Shown here piece after piece: positions 26,376 through 34,935 of a stretch of 42,788 nucleotides of DNA. How positions within the stretch are numbered: the first letter of the stretch is position 1; each line of letters begins with the position of its first letter. The position numbers and the translations under genes are program-made. Location: NCBI GenBank assembly GCA_964395405.1, contig CAYNAV010000001.1:1-42788 (forward strand), in the 5' to 3' direction. Source of the DNA: Candidatus Woesearchaeota archaeon (GTDB taxonomy: Archaea > Nanobdellota > Nanobdellia > Pacearchaeales > GW2011-AR1). Below the pieces are notes generated by a model. The model did no database searches. It was given only the letters and a program-made list of their open reading frames with translations, and was not told the origin of the DNA.

Positions 26376-27113
26376 ATGGCAACAAAAAAGAGATCCAAAA
26401 AGAAAGAGGCAAGACAGGAAAAACAAACACCGACGGAAAATTCACAGAACAACCAAAAACAAACAGAAAAAACCCAAGACAAACAACTATTCTGGTTTTT
26501 CACAATAATTGTTCTAGTTTTTTTTGCATTTCTTGGAACCTATTATATTGCCCCAGCCATAGTAAAAAAGATGAACTCCTTTGAATATGTGGGTGTTGAA
26601 TGGACAAAAGAAAAGTTTGATCAATTAGATGTGTACCATGCGAGATACCCAATAATTTACAAAGGACAATTTATGAACACTTATTATAACCTCTATATAA
26701 GAAACGACCCGAGGACAAACACCGTTCCGATAAATAATGTTAAGTTTTTATTCAATCCCACAATAATAAGAACAATCCAGCCAGAGGTTGCTTCATGTCC
26801 GGGAGTAATGCGTTTAAATGCCGATCTCTATGGCTTTTTATCCGCATTTCCAATGGTTAAAGAAATTCAGTTTGGTATTGCTGAGAAGCAAGTAGCAGAA
26901 GAAAGCAACCTGACCTATGCAACATGCGACAACGCAAAAAACGGTACTACGGTAGTTTTAATTAGAAAATCAGAAGCACCATCCATAGATCAAAAAGGAG
27001 ACTGTTATACAATAAATGTAGGTAACTGTGAAATGGGTCCAGCAGTTGAAAAATTCATGATAGGCGTTTTAGCACAACTAAACAATGCCACATTAAATGC
27101 AGCTCCTAATTAG
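26376..27113 (+). CDS. hypothetical type II membrane-anchored protein with Cys-containing extracytoplasmic domain
   Basis: Lys/Gln-rich N-terminus, a single TM helix (LFWFFTIIVLVFFAFLGTYYIAPAIV), then about 180 aa containing 4 Cys. Confidence 0.6.
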   Translation: MATKKRSKKKEARQEKQTPTENSQNNQKQTEKTQDKQLFWFFTIIVLVFFAFLGTYYIAPAIVKKMNSFEYVGVEWTKEKFDQLDVYHARYPIIYKGQFMNTYYNLYIRNDPRTNTVPINNVKFLFNPTIIRTIQPEVASCPGVMRLNADLYGFLSAFPMVKEIQFGIAEKQVAEESNLTYATCDNAKNGTTVVLIRKSEAPSIDQKGDCYTINVGNCEMGPAVEKFMIGVLAQLNNATLNAAPN

Positions 27114-27567
27114 TTTAATACTTACAATTCTCCCATTCATCGAATTAAGAGGCGGACTTCCAGTAATAATAGACTACGCCATTAAGAATAATCTCCCTAT
27201 ATGGCCTTATTTTGCTATAGTTCTTATATTAAACATACTCCTAATCTTCTTCATATTCTTTTTTCTCGATTTCCTACATGTTCATTTCATGAAACTTTCA
27301 TCGTATAGGTATTTCATGAATAAATACTTAGATAGGGTGAGGAAAAAGAGTATTAAATTTCAAAAAGATTTCAAAGCCATAGGGTATTTGGCGTTATGCC
27401 TTTTTGTTGCAATACCTTTACCAGGGACAGGAGCATGGACAGGGTCATTCCTTGCATGGTTCTTAAAATTAAACAGACTAAGGAGCTTTATAGCCATTGC
27501 CCTCGGTGTTACCCTCGCAGGATTTATTGTTTTATTTATCTCCTTAGGCGTTTTCCAGGCTTTCTAG
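27097..27567 (+). CDS. COG2426 / putative small multidrug export-like membrane protein
   Basis: LPFIELRGGLPV motif near the N-terminus and IPLPGTGAWTGS later. About 4 TM helices. Confidence 0.6.
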   Translation: MQLLISLILTILPFIELRGGLPVIIDYAIKNNLPIWPYFAIVLILNILLIFFIFFFLDFLHVHFMKLSSYRYFMNKYLDRVRKKSIKFQKDFKAIGYLALCLFVAIPLPGTGAWTGSFLAWFLKLNRLRSFIAIALGVTLAGFIVLFISLGVFQAF

Positions 27568-28069
27568 TGCACTTTATTAATTCTCGAACATCGGAGTAAA
27601 TAGGGATTTTTCTTATCTTAAACAGCTTTATATCAAGAATCCAGACACCTATTACAAGCAGTGTAGAGACAAAATACCATAAAAACAAATGCATAACATC
27701 AAAATATAGTGAATTATAAATTAAGACTAAAAAGATTATCCTTGCAACATTAAATATAAAAAAACAAGCAAAGGAAAACAGCAATACCTTCACTCTTTTC
27801 ATAAAGTTAATCCCGGGCACAGAAAGAATAAGGATAAACAACAAATAAAAACCCGTTCCAGCAATACAAGCACTAATCAATTCGATTTTGATACTTTGAA
27901 AATAAATAATATTCCCAAAAACATAAACGCGAGAAAACAAAGATAAAAGTGATGAAACAGCTTGGATTGTCGGAAATGTGAACAACTTATAAAAAACCCA
28001 TAAATTCCCAAGACCGGCTACTAAGATTATCAGATATCTCACAAATAAACTCCAAAGCCCCTTTCCCAT
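27536..28069 (-). CDS. minimal exosortase/archaeosortase-family transpeptidase (pacearchaeosortase-like)
   Basis: About 177 aa polytopic membrane protein carrying the family's Cys/Arg/His signature in order: SACIAGTG, FNVARIIF, DVMHLFLWY. The track start at 28072 is TTG; the ATG is at 28069. Confidence 0.65.
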   Translation of the reverse strand: MGKGLWSLFVRYLIILVAGLGNLWVFYKLFTFPTIQAVSSLLSLFSRVYVFGNIIYFQSIKIELISACIAGTGFYLLFILILSVPGINFMKRVKVLLFSFACFFIFNVARIIFLVLIYNSLYFDVMHLFLWYFVSTLLVIGVWILDIKLFKIRKIPIYSDVRELIKCTRKPGKRLRR

Positions 28070-28100
28070 CAACTAACATAAACATTCTTTTTAATAAACC

Positions 28101-28325
28101 TTACTTATTCAATCTTTGCCTGATTAAAGCTCGTTCGATAGCATCATACGCGCCCAATTCATTCTTTCTAAACTTTTCTTCAAGCTCACTTAATCTCTGC
28201 TCATAAGCATACCAACATAATCGCTTACACAATTTATCTCCATAATTTCTACAATAGTCAACTTTTCTTAGGTTAGTTTTATCTGAAAGAACATCTCTGC
28301 AGAAATCTAAATCAATAGGAATCAT
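28101..28325 (-). CDS. hypothetical 74-aa Cys-containing soluble protein
   Basis: 4 Cys (C9, C25, C33, C37), helical C-terminus. Its ATG overlaps the TAA of the surface protein gene (TAATG). Confidence 0.5.
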   Translation of the reverse strand: MIPIDLDFCRDVLSDKTNLRKVDYCRNYGDKLCKRLCWYAYEQRLSELEEKFRKNELGAYDAIERALIRQRLNK

Positions 28326-30280
28326 TAGAAATCAGAATGTCTTGGTTTCCTAGCAGCAACAATAATCAAAACAATTACAAGAATAATTAATAATACTAAA
28401 ACTCCTGCAATTATATAAGTAGTATCTCCTAAAGATTCAAAGAAATTTGTTATTGAACTTTTATTCTCTGTAATTGTAACCGAAACAGCTCTTTCTTCAG
28501 TATTACCATTAGAGATTACTTGAACATTAAAGGTTTTTGTTCCAGCTTCTGTTGGATTAAATGTTAATATTGCTTGCTGTGTACTTCCCGCATTAATTGT
28601 AAGAACTTGAGGTTCAACAGAAACAAGACCAGCCCAAGATTCATAGTTAGTTGGAGCAATAATAAAATTAGCCGCGCCATTACCATTATTCTTAACACTT
28701 ACTGTAACAACTAAGTCTTGGCCAACAACAGCATTAGAACTAAGCTGAGCATTAATTGTAGGTGCTGTTGTGCTTACAACTTCGGCACAAGTCCCTTGAA
28801 CATTAAGATTATATGTTTGATCAAAATAATTTTTATAAGTCTCACTACTATCCTTATAGTCATATTCAACAAAGAGTGTAAATCCATACAACTTTGCAGT
28901 CACATTTTGAGGAATATTAACATCAAAACTTAATGATTCACTATTCCCCTCATCTAATTCAAACTGGTCAGAGTAAGTGCTAATTCCCAAAGCACTATTA
29001 TAAAGTCTTACTCTCATTTTCTCATTATCTCCTAAATTAAAGTTATAAACATCAAACGAAATAGTATCTGATGTTCCACAGAAGAATGAAGTTGGGAACT
29101 TAGCATTTGCAATTAAAATATCGTCATCCGAAGCATAATCAATGTTTTGGTAATATCCAGTATCTCCATTAGTAAAATCAGCATTGCTTGTACAGATAGT
29201 CTTTTCATTAGACCTTACATAAGCTTTCACATACAATCGATAGTCATCATTTTGATTTATATCTGCTGGAAGCTGGAAATCAAAATTAAAGTCTTCATCA
29301 CTATCGTCACTTATTCTTACATTATCGGTTAATTCTCTATCACTAGTTGTCAAATCAACAAATCTTCCTCTGGAAACGTCATATAAACCTATTTTTACTT
29401 CTACACTTTTTGAAGCATCATAATTATTTTCAACAGTCACTCTTAGGCTTATATCTTTCAAAGGACTCCAAGCCCAATCATCGCCTGAAGATAAGTCTCT
29501 TACATCAGTAATTTTCAATTGATTGTTTGTATCGCTTAGTTCTAAGTCAGAGCAATATGTAACTGGAATTTCAACACTTCCAGTATTAGTTACAGTTCCA
29601 CTTGTCGCTCTAATTGAAACAGTGCTATCTTCTCCCAAATTGAGGTTACCCGCATTTGTGGAAGATATTGAAGCAGTTGTACTTTGTCCAGGATTCAAAG
29701 ATGTTGAGCCTAGTGAACCGAAAGTAACATTAAAGTCTGCATCATTTAATGAAGATAAAACAAGTCCAGATAAAACAGTATTTCCTGTATTAGTTATAGT
29801 AACTGTCCCGTTTGACGTTTTTGTCAATCCAGATTGTGTTACAGTCAAAGAAGGTTGTGAATTTACTGTTAATGTTATTGGAAGAGTTCCCCTTAATGAA
29901 CTTGAAGAGGTATTTCCATAAAGAGTCATGCTTCCCTGATAAGTTCCAGCTAATTGATTAGAAGGAATATTAACAATCAATGTTCCAGAAGCATTTTGAC
30001 TAGCAGCTATTGTGCTTGCCACAGTAAAAGATAGACTAGTGTTAGGAATAGTTGAAGAGCCTAAAACTAGACTTTGAAAAGTAACATAGATATTATTAAT
30101 ATCTGTAACCGAAAGAGTGTTTTCTACATTGAAATTTCCTGTAACCTGTGCTCCTTGGTTTCCACTAACAATTGCTGAAGAAGGATAAAACTGAACATCA
30201 TCAACTGCAGAACTCACCAAGCTAAAACTCAAGATTAGTAATGCTAACATTCCGACGAACATAAATGCTTTTTGTGCCAT
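28325..30280 (-). CDS. secreted surface (S-layer-like) glycoprotein candidate with C-terminal TM anchor / sorting-signal-like tail
   Basis: Signal peptide MAQKAFMFVGMLALLILSFSLVSSA. Ser/Thr/Asn-rich beta-type repeats with many N-x-S/T sequons. C-terminus ...GDTTYIIAGVLVLLIILVIVLIIVAARKPRHSDF (hydrophobic helix plus basic tail). Confidence 0.7.
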   Translation of the reverse strand: MAQKAFMFVGMLALLILSFSLVSSAVDDVQFYPSSAIVSGNQGAQVTGNFNVENTLSVTDINNIYVTFQSLVLGSSTIPNTSLSFTVASTIAASQNASGTLIVNIPSNQLAGTYQGSMTLYGNTSSSSLRGTLPITLTVNSQPSLTVTQSGLTKTSNGTVTITNTGNTVLSGLVLSSLNDADFNVTFGSLGSTSLNPGQSTTASISSTNAGNLNLGEDSTVSIRATSGTVTNTGSVEIPVTYCSDLELSDTNNQLKITDVRDLSSGDDWAWSPLKDISLRVTVENNYDASKSVEVKIGLYDVSRGRFVDLTTSDRELTDNVRISDDSDEDFNFDFQLPADINQNDDYRLYVKAYVRSNEKTICTSNADFTNGDTGYYQNIDYASDDDILIANAKFPTSFFCGTSDTISFDVYNFNLGDNEKMRVRLYNSALGISTYSDQFELDEGNSESLSFDVNIPQNVTAKLYGFTLFVEYDYKDSSETYKNYFDQTYNLNVQGTCAEVVSTTAPTINAQLSSNAVVGQDLVVTVSVKNNGNGAANFIIAPTNYESWAGLVSVEPQVLTINAGSTQQAILTFNPTEAGTKTFNVQVISNGNTEERAVSVTITENKSSITNFFESLGDTTYIIAGVLVLLIILVIVLIIVAARKPRHSDF

Positions 30281-30421
30281 TGTTATGATTTTATAATTAC
30301 AACACTTTATAAACTTTTTGTTTTTTGGCTGTTTATCTCAAAGCAACAAAAACTCTTTCTCAAGATGACCTCGTCGGTAAGAAACAAACATTTAAATATA
30401 AATCCCCTATTATAATAGGGC

Positions 30422-30790
30422 ATGGTTAAGTCTAGAGAAAATTTGATAGGGGCATGGGCTTTTTTAATTGGAGTTGTTCTAGCTATTATAATAGGACTAT
30501 TTCAACAGCAATTAAGCCTCGCGGGCGATATATTGAATATCTTCTTAGTTGTTCTAGGTCTTTTAGTCGGATTCCTGAATGTAGGAGACAAAGATTCCAA
30601 CACTTTCTTACTTGCTTCCGTTTCTTTGGTAGTTGTAAGTGCCTTAGGAAATGACACATTACAATTCATATCAAATATAAGCACAGTATTCCCCCATTTG
30701 ATAAGCGTTCTCCGTTCATTACTTGTTTTATTCGTTCCAGCAACGATAATAGTCGCACTAAAAACTGTTTTTTCAATTACAAGAATTTAG
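30422..30790 (+). CDS. hypothetical membrane protein (about 4 TM)
   Basis: 122 aa, hydrophobic throughout. Perfect 16-nt palindrome directly upstream. Confidence 0.55.
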   Translation: MVKSRENLIGAWAFLIGVVLAIIIGLFQQQLSLAGDILNIFLVVLGLLVGFLNVGDKDSNTFLLASVSLVVVSALGNDTLQFISNISTVFPHLISVLRSLLVLFVPATIIVALKTVFSITRI

Positions 30791-30831
30791 GTTATCATCA
30801 ATTTTAAAAACACTCTCTACCCTATTATATT

Positions 30832-31482
30832 ATGTCCAAGATAATTTACTCAGAAGCCAGAAAGAAGTTTCCAAGTAATATAGATTTTTCTCCCTTAGAC
30901 AAATTGCCAGGGAAAACTATATCTCTTGCAGCAGTAATTCAGTATATAGAACTCATCCCAAAAGTAAAAGCTTATCTAAAAAATAAAGGAATGAAAGTAA
31001 TGTTAAAACAGGGAGCATTTTATGAAGGCCATGTTATTGGATGCAACTCCACCGCTTTCGATAAAAAAGCAGATACTTTATTATTAATTGGAGATGGAAA
31101 ATTTCAGGCTATAAACAATGCCCTTCAATTAGACAAAGAAATTTACATCTTTAATCCAGAAACATTTGAAATTATCACAAAAGATGAAATTAATGAATTA
31201 AAAAAGAAAATCAAAGGAAAAATAAACAAATTCCTTATGGCAGATAATATTGGCTTAATCATTTCAACAAAATACGGACAAAACCACAAGCAAATTGAAA
31301 ACCTGAAGAAATCTATTCAAAGTAAAGGAAAAAACATATCCATCTTTGAAGGGGATAACATCAATATTAGCGAATTTGAAAACTTCCCAGATATTCAAAT
31401 GTGGGTCAATACAGCCTGCTATGGCATGGCTATGGATAGTTCAAAAATCGTTAATTATCAGGATGTGTTAGGGTTTTTGTAA
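30832..31482 (+). CDS. Dph2-like (diphthamide synthesis radical-SAM family) protein lacking the N-terminal domain
   Basis: 216 aa. GHVIGCNS, LLLIGDGKFQAIN and MWVNTACYGMAMDS line up with domain 2 and 3 motifs of archaeal Dph2 (GQVLGCN, ILFIGSGIFHPLG, VVVACPRVPLDD, recalled from Pyrococcus Dph2). Confidence 0.55.
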   Translation: MSKIIYSEARKKFPSNIDFSPLDKLPGKTISLAAVIQYIELIPKVKAYLKNKGMKVMLKQGAFYEGHVIGCNSTAFDKKADTLLLIGDGKFQAINNALQLDKEIYIFNPETFEIITKDEINELKKKIKGKINKFLMADNIGLIISTKYGQNHKQIENLKKSIQSKGKNISIFEGDNINISEFENFPDIQMWVNTACYGMAMDSSKIVNYQDVLGFL

Positions 31483-31523
31483 GAATCAGTAGACATAAAC
31501 CCCAAGAAAACATAAACCCAAAA

Positions 31524-31916
31524 CTAAAACCTATCCAACTCTTCTCTACCCTTGGGAGCATCATCACTTGTACCCTTTTGAATCTCAAAAACCTTTGAAG
31601 GAGTTGCAATAACTGTATTCTCTCCAAATCCTGCGATTCTTCCTTCCAAAGCCTCAACTGTCTTTTTTATCTTTGAAACAGCCCTCTTTAACTCAATAAC
31701 ATCTTTATTTTTTAAAGGCTTAATATCAATAACAACAACAGTATAACCCTCCCTTAAAGCGTTAAGAATCGGGTTAATATCCTCATAAGTCTTCAAAACA
31801 AAAGTCTTTATAATGACCTTTGAAGAAGAAGCTTCCTTCTCTAAATCAATCTCAATAAAATCCGGGGCTTCGTCACCCTCTTTTCTCATCATCTTTTTCA
31901 ATCTATCAAATACCAT
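31524..31916 (-). CDS. sepF: SepF-like cell division protein (FtsZ membrane anchor)
   Basis: 130 aa. N-terminal amphipathic MVFDRLKKMM, FIEIDL, then the SepF core ...YEDINPILNALREGYTVVVIDIKPL....ELKRAV.......EALEGRIAGFGENTVIATPSKV. Confidence 0.75.
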   Translation of the reverse strand: MVFDRLKKMMRKEGDEAPDFIEIDLEKEASSSKVIIKTFVLKTYEDINPILNALREGYTVVVIDIKPLKNKDVIELKRAVSKIKKTVEALEGRIAGFGENTVIATPSKVFEIQKGTSDDAPKGREELDRF

Positions 31917-32296
31917 AACATATTTTCATAGAATTGGGTATTTAAATATTTATGTGCTTTTGTATATATTCACACCATCAATAAGGAGTAGTTATTTTTT
32001 AACTGATTTATAATTCCAAGATTTAGTATCTTATACGTAACAATTAAACATATTAGTATTCCAGATATTAATAAAGAAAAATAACTAATTATTTGTTAAA
32101 AGAAGAATAGATTAAATATTATATTTCCAAAATTTATTAAATCCTTTTATCAGAGCCATGAGAGATACTAAACCCCTATAGTTTCAAACAACTATTGCTC
32201 CAATATAAATAAATCTTCATCAGCACAAGAGTACTAAATCCAATTTACATCAAAAATAACAAATTGTTTCAATCATAAATAGCCACCAATAAAAAA

Positions 32297-32680
32297 TCAC
32301 TTCTTACCAGAAATCTTTTCCATAATCTCTTTTCTCAATTCTTCTGTTTTTCCAGAAAATTCTTTTTCCTGCTTATCAATATTTTTCATTCTTAAATCAA
32401 TCAGTTCCTTTTTATGCTTCATTTCTTTTAAAACTTCTTCCTTAGAGCTTTTAATAATAACCTGGTTCCCCACAATCTTAAAAACATCGTCTTTAGCTTT
32501 TGCAACTTCTTCCAATGCATAATCTGTCTCTCTTAATTCTAATTGAAAAGCTTGTTTTTGCATCATCAATTGCTGAAAACTTTGTTCAAGCATTTGTAAT
32601 TCTTGAATTTGATGTTGTGTTTTTTCATCAAGATTTCCAAAAGGATTCTCATTCAAATTATCTTCTTCAGAGTCTTCCAT
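32297..32680 (-). CDS. pfdB: prefoldin beta subunit
   Basis: Two heptad coiled coils flanking a beta hairpin (VFKIVGNQVIIKS). Conserved linkage with rpoP and rpl37ae. Confidence 0.85.
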   Translation of the reverse strand: MEDSEEDNLNENPFGNLDEKTQHQIQELQMLEQSFQQLMMQKQAFQLELRETDYALEEVAKAKDDVFKIVGNQVIIKSSKEEVLKEMKHKKELIDLRMKNIDKQEKEFSGKTEELRKEIMEKISGKK

Positions 32681-32817
32681 TATAATGCTTTAACAGTCTT
32701 CATTTTAGTTCTTGGTTTAAAAAAGACCCTTGAACCGCAGTGAGGACACACAAATCTTTTTTGTAATTCATCTGTTTTTATTTTCTTGCTGCAAAAGAAA
32801 CATTTGTATAGTGCCAT
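32680..32817 (-). CDS. rpoP: DNA-directed RNA polymerase subunit P (Rpo12), 45 aa, not in ORF track
   Basis: Hand translation gives MALYKCFFCSKKIKTDELQKRFVCPHCGSRVFFKPRTKMKTVKAL. CxxC...CxxC zinc ribbon followed by R.FFKPR. Its TAA shares one nt with the prefoldin ATG. Confidence 0.85.
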   Translation of the reverse strand: MALYKCFFCSKKIKTDELQKRFVCPHCGSRVFFKPRTKMKTVKAL

Positions 32818-32841
32818 ATTATTTTTTGTAATTTATCCTAT

Positions 32842-33060
32842 TTAAGCCTTTTCCAGATAGAATACTCCTCCTGCAAATTTTTTCCCACACTTAGAACATA
32901 ACCAAATACCCTTTTCCTTCCTCTTCGCTCTTCCTTTACAAAAAGGACACGACTGTCTTTTTCTTTGTATATCTTCTACAGCTACAAGCCTTTCTTTTAC
33001 TTTTCCATATCCAGCTCCAAATCTTCCAGCTGCTCTAATTTTTTTTGTTTTTACTGCCAT
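32842..33060 (-). CDS. rpl37ae: ribosomal protein eL43 (L37Ae)
   Basis: KIRAAGRFGAGYGKVKERL...CPFC.......GIWLCSKCGKKFAGG. Confidence 0.93.
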   Translation of the reverse strand: MAVKTKKIRAAGRFGAGYGKVKERLVAVEDIQRKRQSCPFCKGRAKRKEKGIWLCSKCGKKFAGGVFYLEKA

Positions 33061-33100
33061 GTTATTATGTCTGAAAATGGGTTTTTAAAGTTAATTAAAA

Positions 33101-33173
33101 TGGGGCTACGCGGATTTGAACCGCGGCCGCGAAGTCCCAAACCTCGAATCCTACCAGACTAGACTATAGCCCC
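33101..33173 (-). tRNA. tRNA-Pro(UGG)
   Basis: Hand fold. Acceptor GGGGCTA/TAGCCCC. Anticodon arm CGAGG-TTTGGGA-CTTCG. T arm CGCGG-TTCAAAT-CCGCG. Discriminator A. 73 nt, no intron. Confidence 0.9.
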
Positions 33174-33272
33174 ATTAATTTAAGGGGTTTTAGTTGATTA
33201 ATAAATCTTACGACTTCTGGATCTAGTATCTGTTACCGATAAAAATTTCTTAGAATTTTAAAATGATAAGAC

Positions 33273-33935
33273 TTATTTCTTGGTCTCTTTCTTAACTTCC
33301 TTCACAGCCTCAGCAGGTTTTGCAACAACAGCTTCAGCTTTCTTTTCTTCCTCAGCTTTCTTTTCTTCCTCTTCTTTCTTCATTGCTGCTTTCTGTCCTT
33401 CTGAAATCTTCTTGAAATAAGCATCCAATTCTTTTTTCTTCTCAATGGGCACATCACTAATCTTCCCATCAATCTGTTTTTTATAAACGCCATTTTTTAC
33501 ATCTTCTAAAACATCCTTAATTTCCTTACTATCAATTAAAACACCCAAGGTCAAACAGGTTCCGATTACAGACTTTAATGTCCCTAAAAAACTATTTGAA
33601 AGCATGCTACCGTGTTTTGTTTTTGCAACTCCTACAACTTGTTCAAAAGCAAGATTTCCAACAATAAGTTTTTTTCTTGCTCCAGACGCAGTTTCAATTC
33701 CAAGCTCCTTCTTAAGTAACTGAGATGTAGGTGGAGATAAAACTTTTATAGTAAAATTTTTCGTTTTTGAGTTAACATCTAGATGAACAGGAACAGTTAC
33801 CCCTTTAAATTCTGCAGTTGCAGCATTTATATCTGATATAACTTTACCAAGATTAATTCCCATAGGCCCCAATTGCTGTGCAACAGCTGGACCTGGTTTC
33901 ATATTCCCGCCTTCAACCAATAATTTGACAATCAT
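33273..33935 (-). CDS. rpl11: ribosomal protein uL11 with about 60-aa Lys/Glu/Ala-rich C-terminal extension
   Basis: VKLLVEGGNMKPGPAVAQQLGPMGINLGKV start. The track start at 33947 is TTG; the first ATG is at 33935. Confidence 0.92.
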   Translation of the reverse strand: MIVKLLVEGGNMKPGPAVAQQLGPMGINLGKVISDINAATAEFKGVTVPVHLDVNSKTKNFTIKVLSPPTSQLLKKELGIETASGARKKLIVGNLAFEQVVGVAKTKHGSMLSNSFLGTLKSVIGTCLTLGVLIDSKEIKDVLEDVKNGVYKKQIDGKISDVPIEKKKELDAYFKKISEGQKAAMKKEEEEKKAEEEKKAEAVVAKPAEAVKEVKKETKK

Positions 33936-33969
33936 GTTATTCCCCAAGAAGTTTAGTTTAAAAAACTAA

Positions 33970-34623
33970 CTATTCTTCTTCCTCCGAATTTACTTCCTCA
34001 TCCTCTCTTCTTATAACTCTTAAATTATCAATCTTTACAGTTACTGGAATTGGAACAGCCGCGCCAAGAAGAGAAACAACCGCCTCCCCCTTTCCTTTAT
34101 CGACTCTGACAACCTTTGCTTTTTCTTTCTTAAATGGTTCTGCAATAATCTCGACAATATCATTCTTCTCAATTTTAACATCTGCAGCGACAGGTTCTAA
34201 CATTGATTTTACTTCATCATAAGAAATAACTTTTGGAATAATCCCTTTTACATAAGGTAAATTAAAAACAGCTTCTTCAGCATGCTCTCTGTCCGGAGCT
34301 TCAAGAAAAATATAACCTCTTAATCCATGAGGTCTCGCAACAGCATAAACACCAATCTTTTTTTTGTTAACTTTTTCAGCAACCAACTCCAGTGCCTTTT
34401 CTTCTTTATTTGTAGTTACCTTAACAACAAAAATCACAGATTTAAGCTCATCTTTATTCTCTTCTGATTTTAATCTCTCTTCTTCGGCATTCATCACTTT
34501 TTCTTCTTTCTTTTCCTCTTCAGCTTCTTTTTCAAGCTCTTCATTTTCCTCTTCTATAGCTTCCTCTAATTCATAATCATCACTCAGAGGTGTGCTGTTA
34601 TTTATTACGGGTAATTCATCCAT
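33970..34623 (-). CDS. spt5: transcription elongation factor Spt5 (NusG) with acidic N-terminal extension
   Basis: NGN block VIFVVKVTTNKEEKALELV...GYIFLEA and KOW block DIVEIIAEPFKKEKAKVVRVD. Slot between secE and rpl11. The track start is TTG. ATG 34623 gives the acidic extension; an alternative ATG at 34494 would give an ordinary-length protein. Confidence 0.85.
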   Translation of the reverse strand: MDELPVINNSTPLSDDYELEEAIEEENEELEKEAEEEKKEEKVMNAEEERLKSEENKDELKSVIFVVKVTTNKEEKALELVAEKVNKKKIGVYAVARPHGLRGYIFLEAPDREHAEEAVFNLPYVKGIIPKVISYDEVKSMLEPVAADVKIEKNDIVEIIAEPFKKEKAKVVRVDKGKGEAVVSLLGAAVPIPVTVKIDNLRVIRREDEEVNSEEEE

Positions 34624-34718
34624 TTTTGTGTGCTCCAACTAGCTCTCAAATTATCTAAGAACTAGATATATTTTTATAGTTTTTGGCTTTTTAAATGTTT
34701 TTATAATCTATAATCTCT

Positions 34719-34898
34719 TTATCCAAAGGCCAGCTTCATTGCAACAGAAATAACAAACCCAATAGCTCCAATAAGAAGCAAACCTATAGCAGAAACTTTT
34801 GAAATTGTTTTAAACTCTTCCATCGAAGGCCTCTTCATTAGTCTCCATACTCTTTTATATTTTGTAGCCTGCGATGAAAGCCATGTTGTAATTTTCAT
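34719..34898 (-). CDS. secE: preprotein translocase subunit SecE (Sec61 gamma), 59 aa, not in ORF track
   Basis: Hand translation gives MKITTWLSSQATKYKRVWRLMKRPSMEEFKTISKVSAIGLLLIGAIGFVISVAMKLAFG. Single C-terminal TM helix. Canonical slot upstream of spt5. Confidence 0.85.
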   Translation of the reverse strand: MKITTWLSSQATKYKRVWRLMKRPSMEEFKTISKVSAIGLLLIGAIGFVISVAMKLAFG

Positions 34899-34935
34899 AT
34901 TAATTCTAATAAGAATGGGTTTTTAAGTTTGATGA

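Noticed and set aside
29523-29921. 132-aa plus-strand ORF antisense to the surface protein gene. I also considered whether the repetitive Thr/Ser/Asn region could be a diversity-generating retroelement target.
   Set aside because: No reverse transcriptase or template repeat is present in the window. The antisense ORF mirrors the Thr/Ser/Asn codon bias.
31451-31657. 68-aa minus-strand ORF overlapping the sepF 3' region and the Dph2-like 3' end.
   Set aside because: It is an alternative frame of sepF with no start context, and the SepF frame carries the recognisable motifs.
26052-33173. Possible integrated element bounded by tRNA-Lys and tRNA-Pro and carrying the surface/sortase cassette.
   Set aside because: There is no integrase, no partial duplicate of either tRNA 3' end, and the interval also contains core genes (sepF, prefoldin beta, rpoP, rpl37ae).
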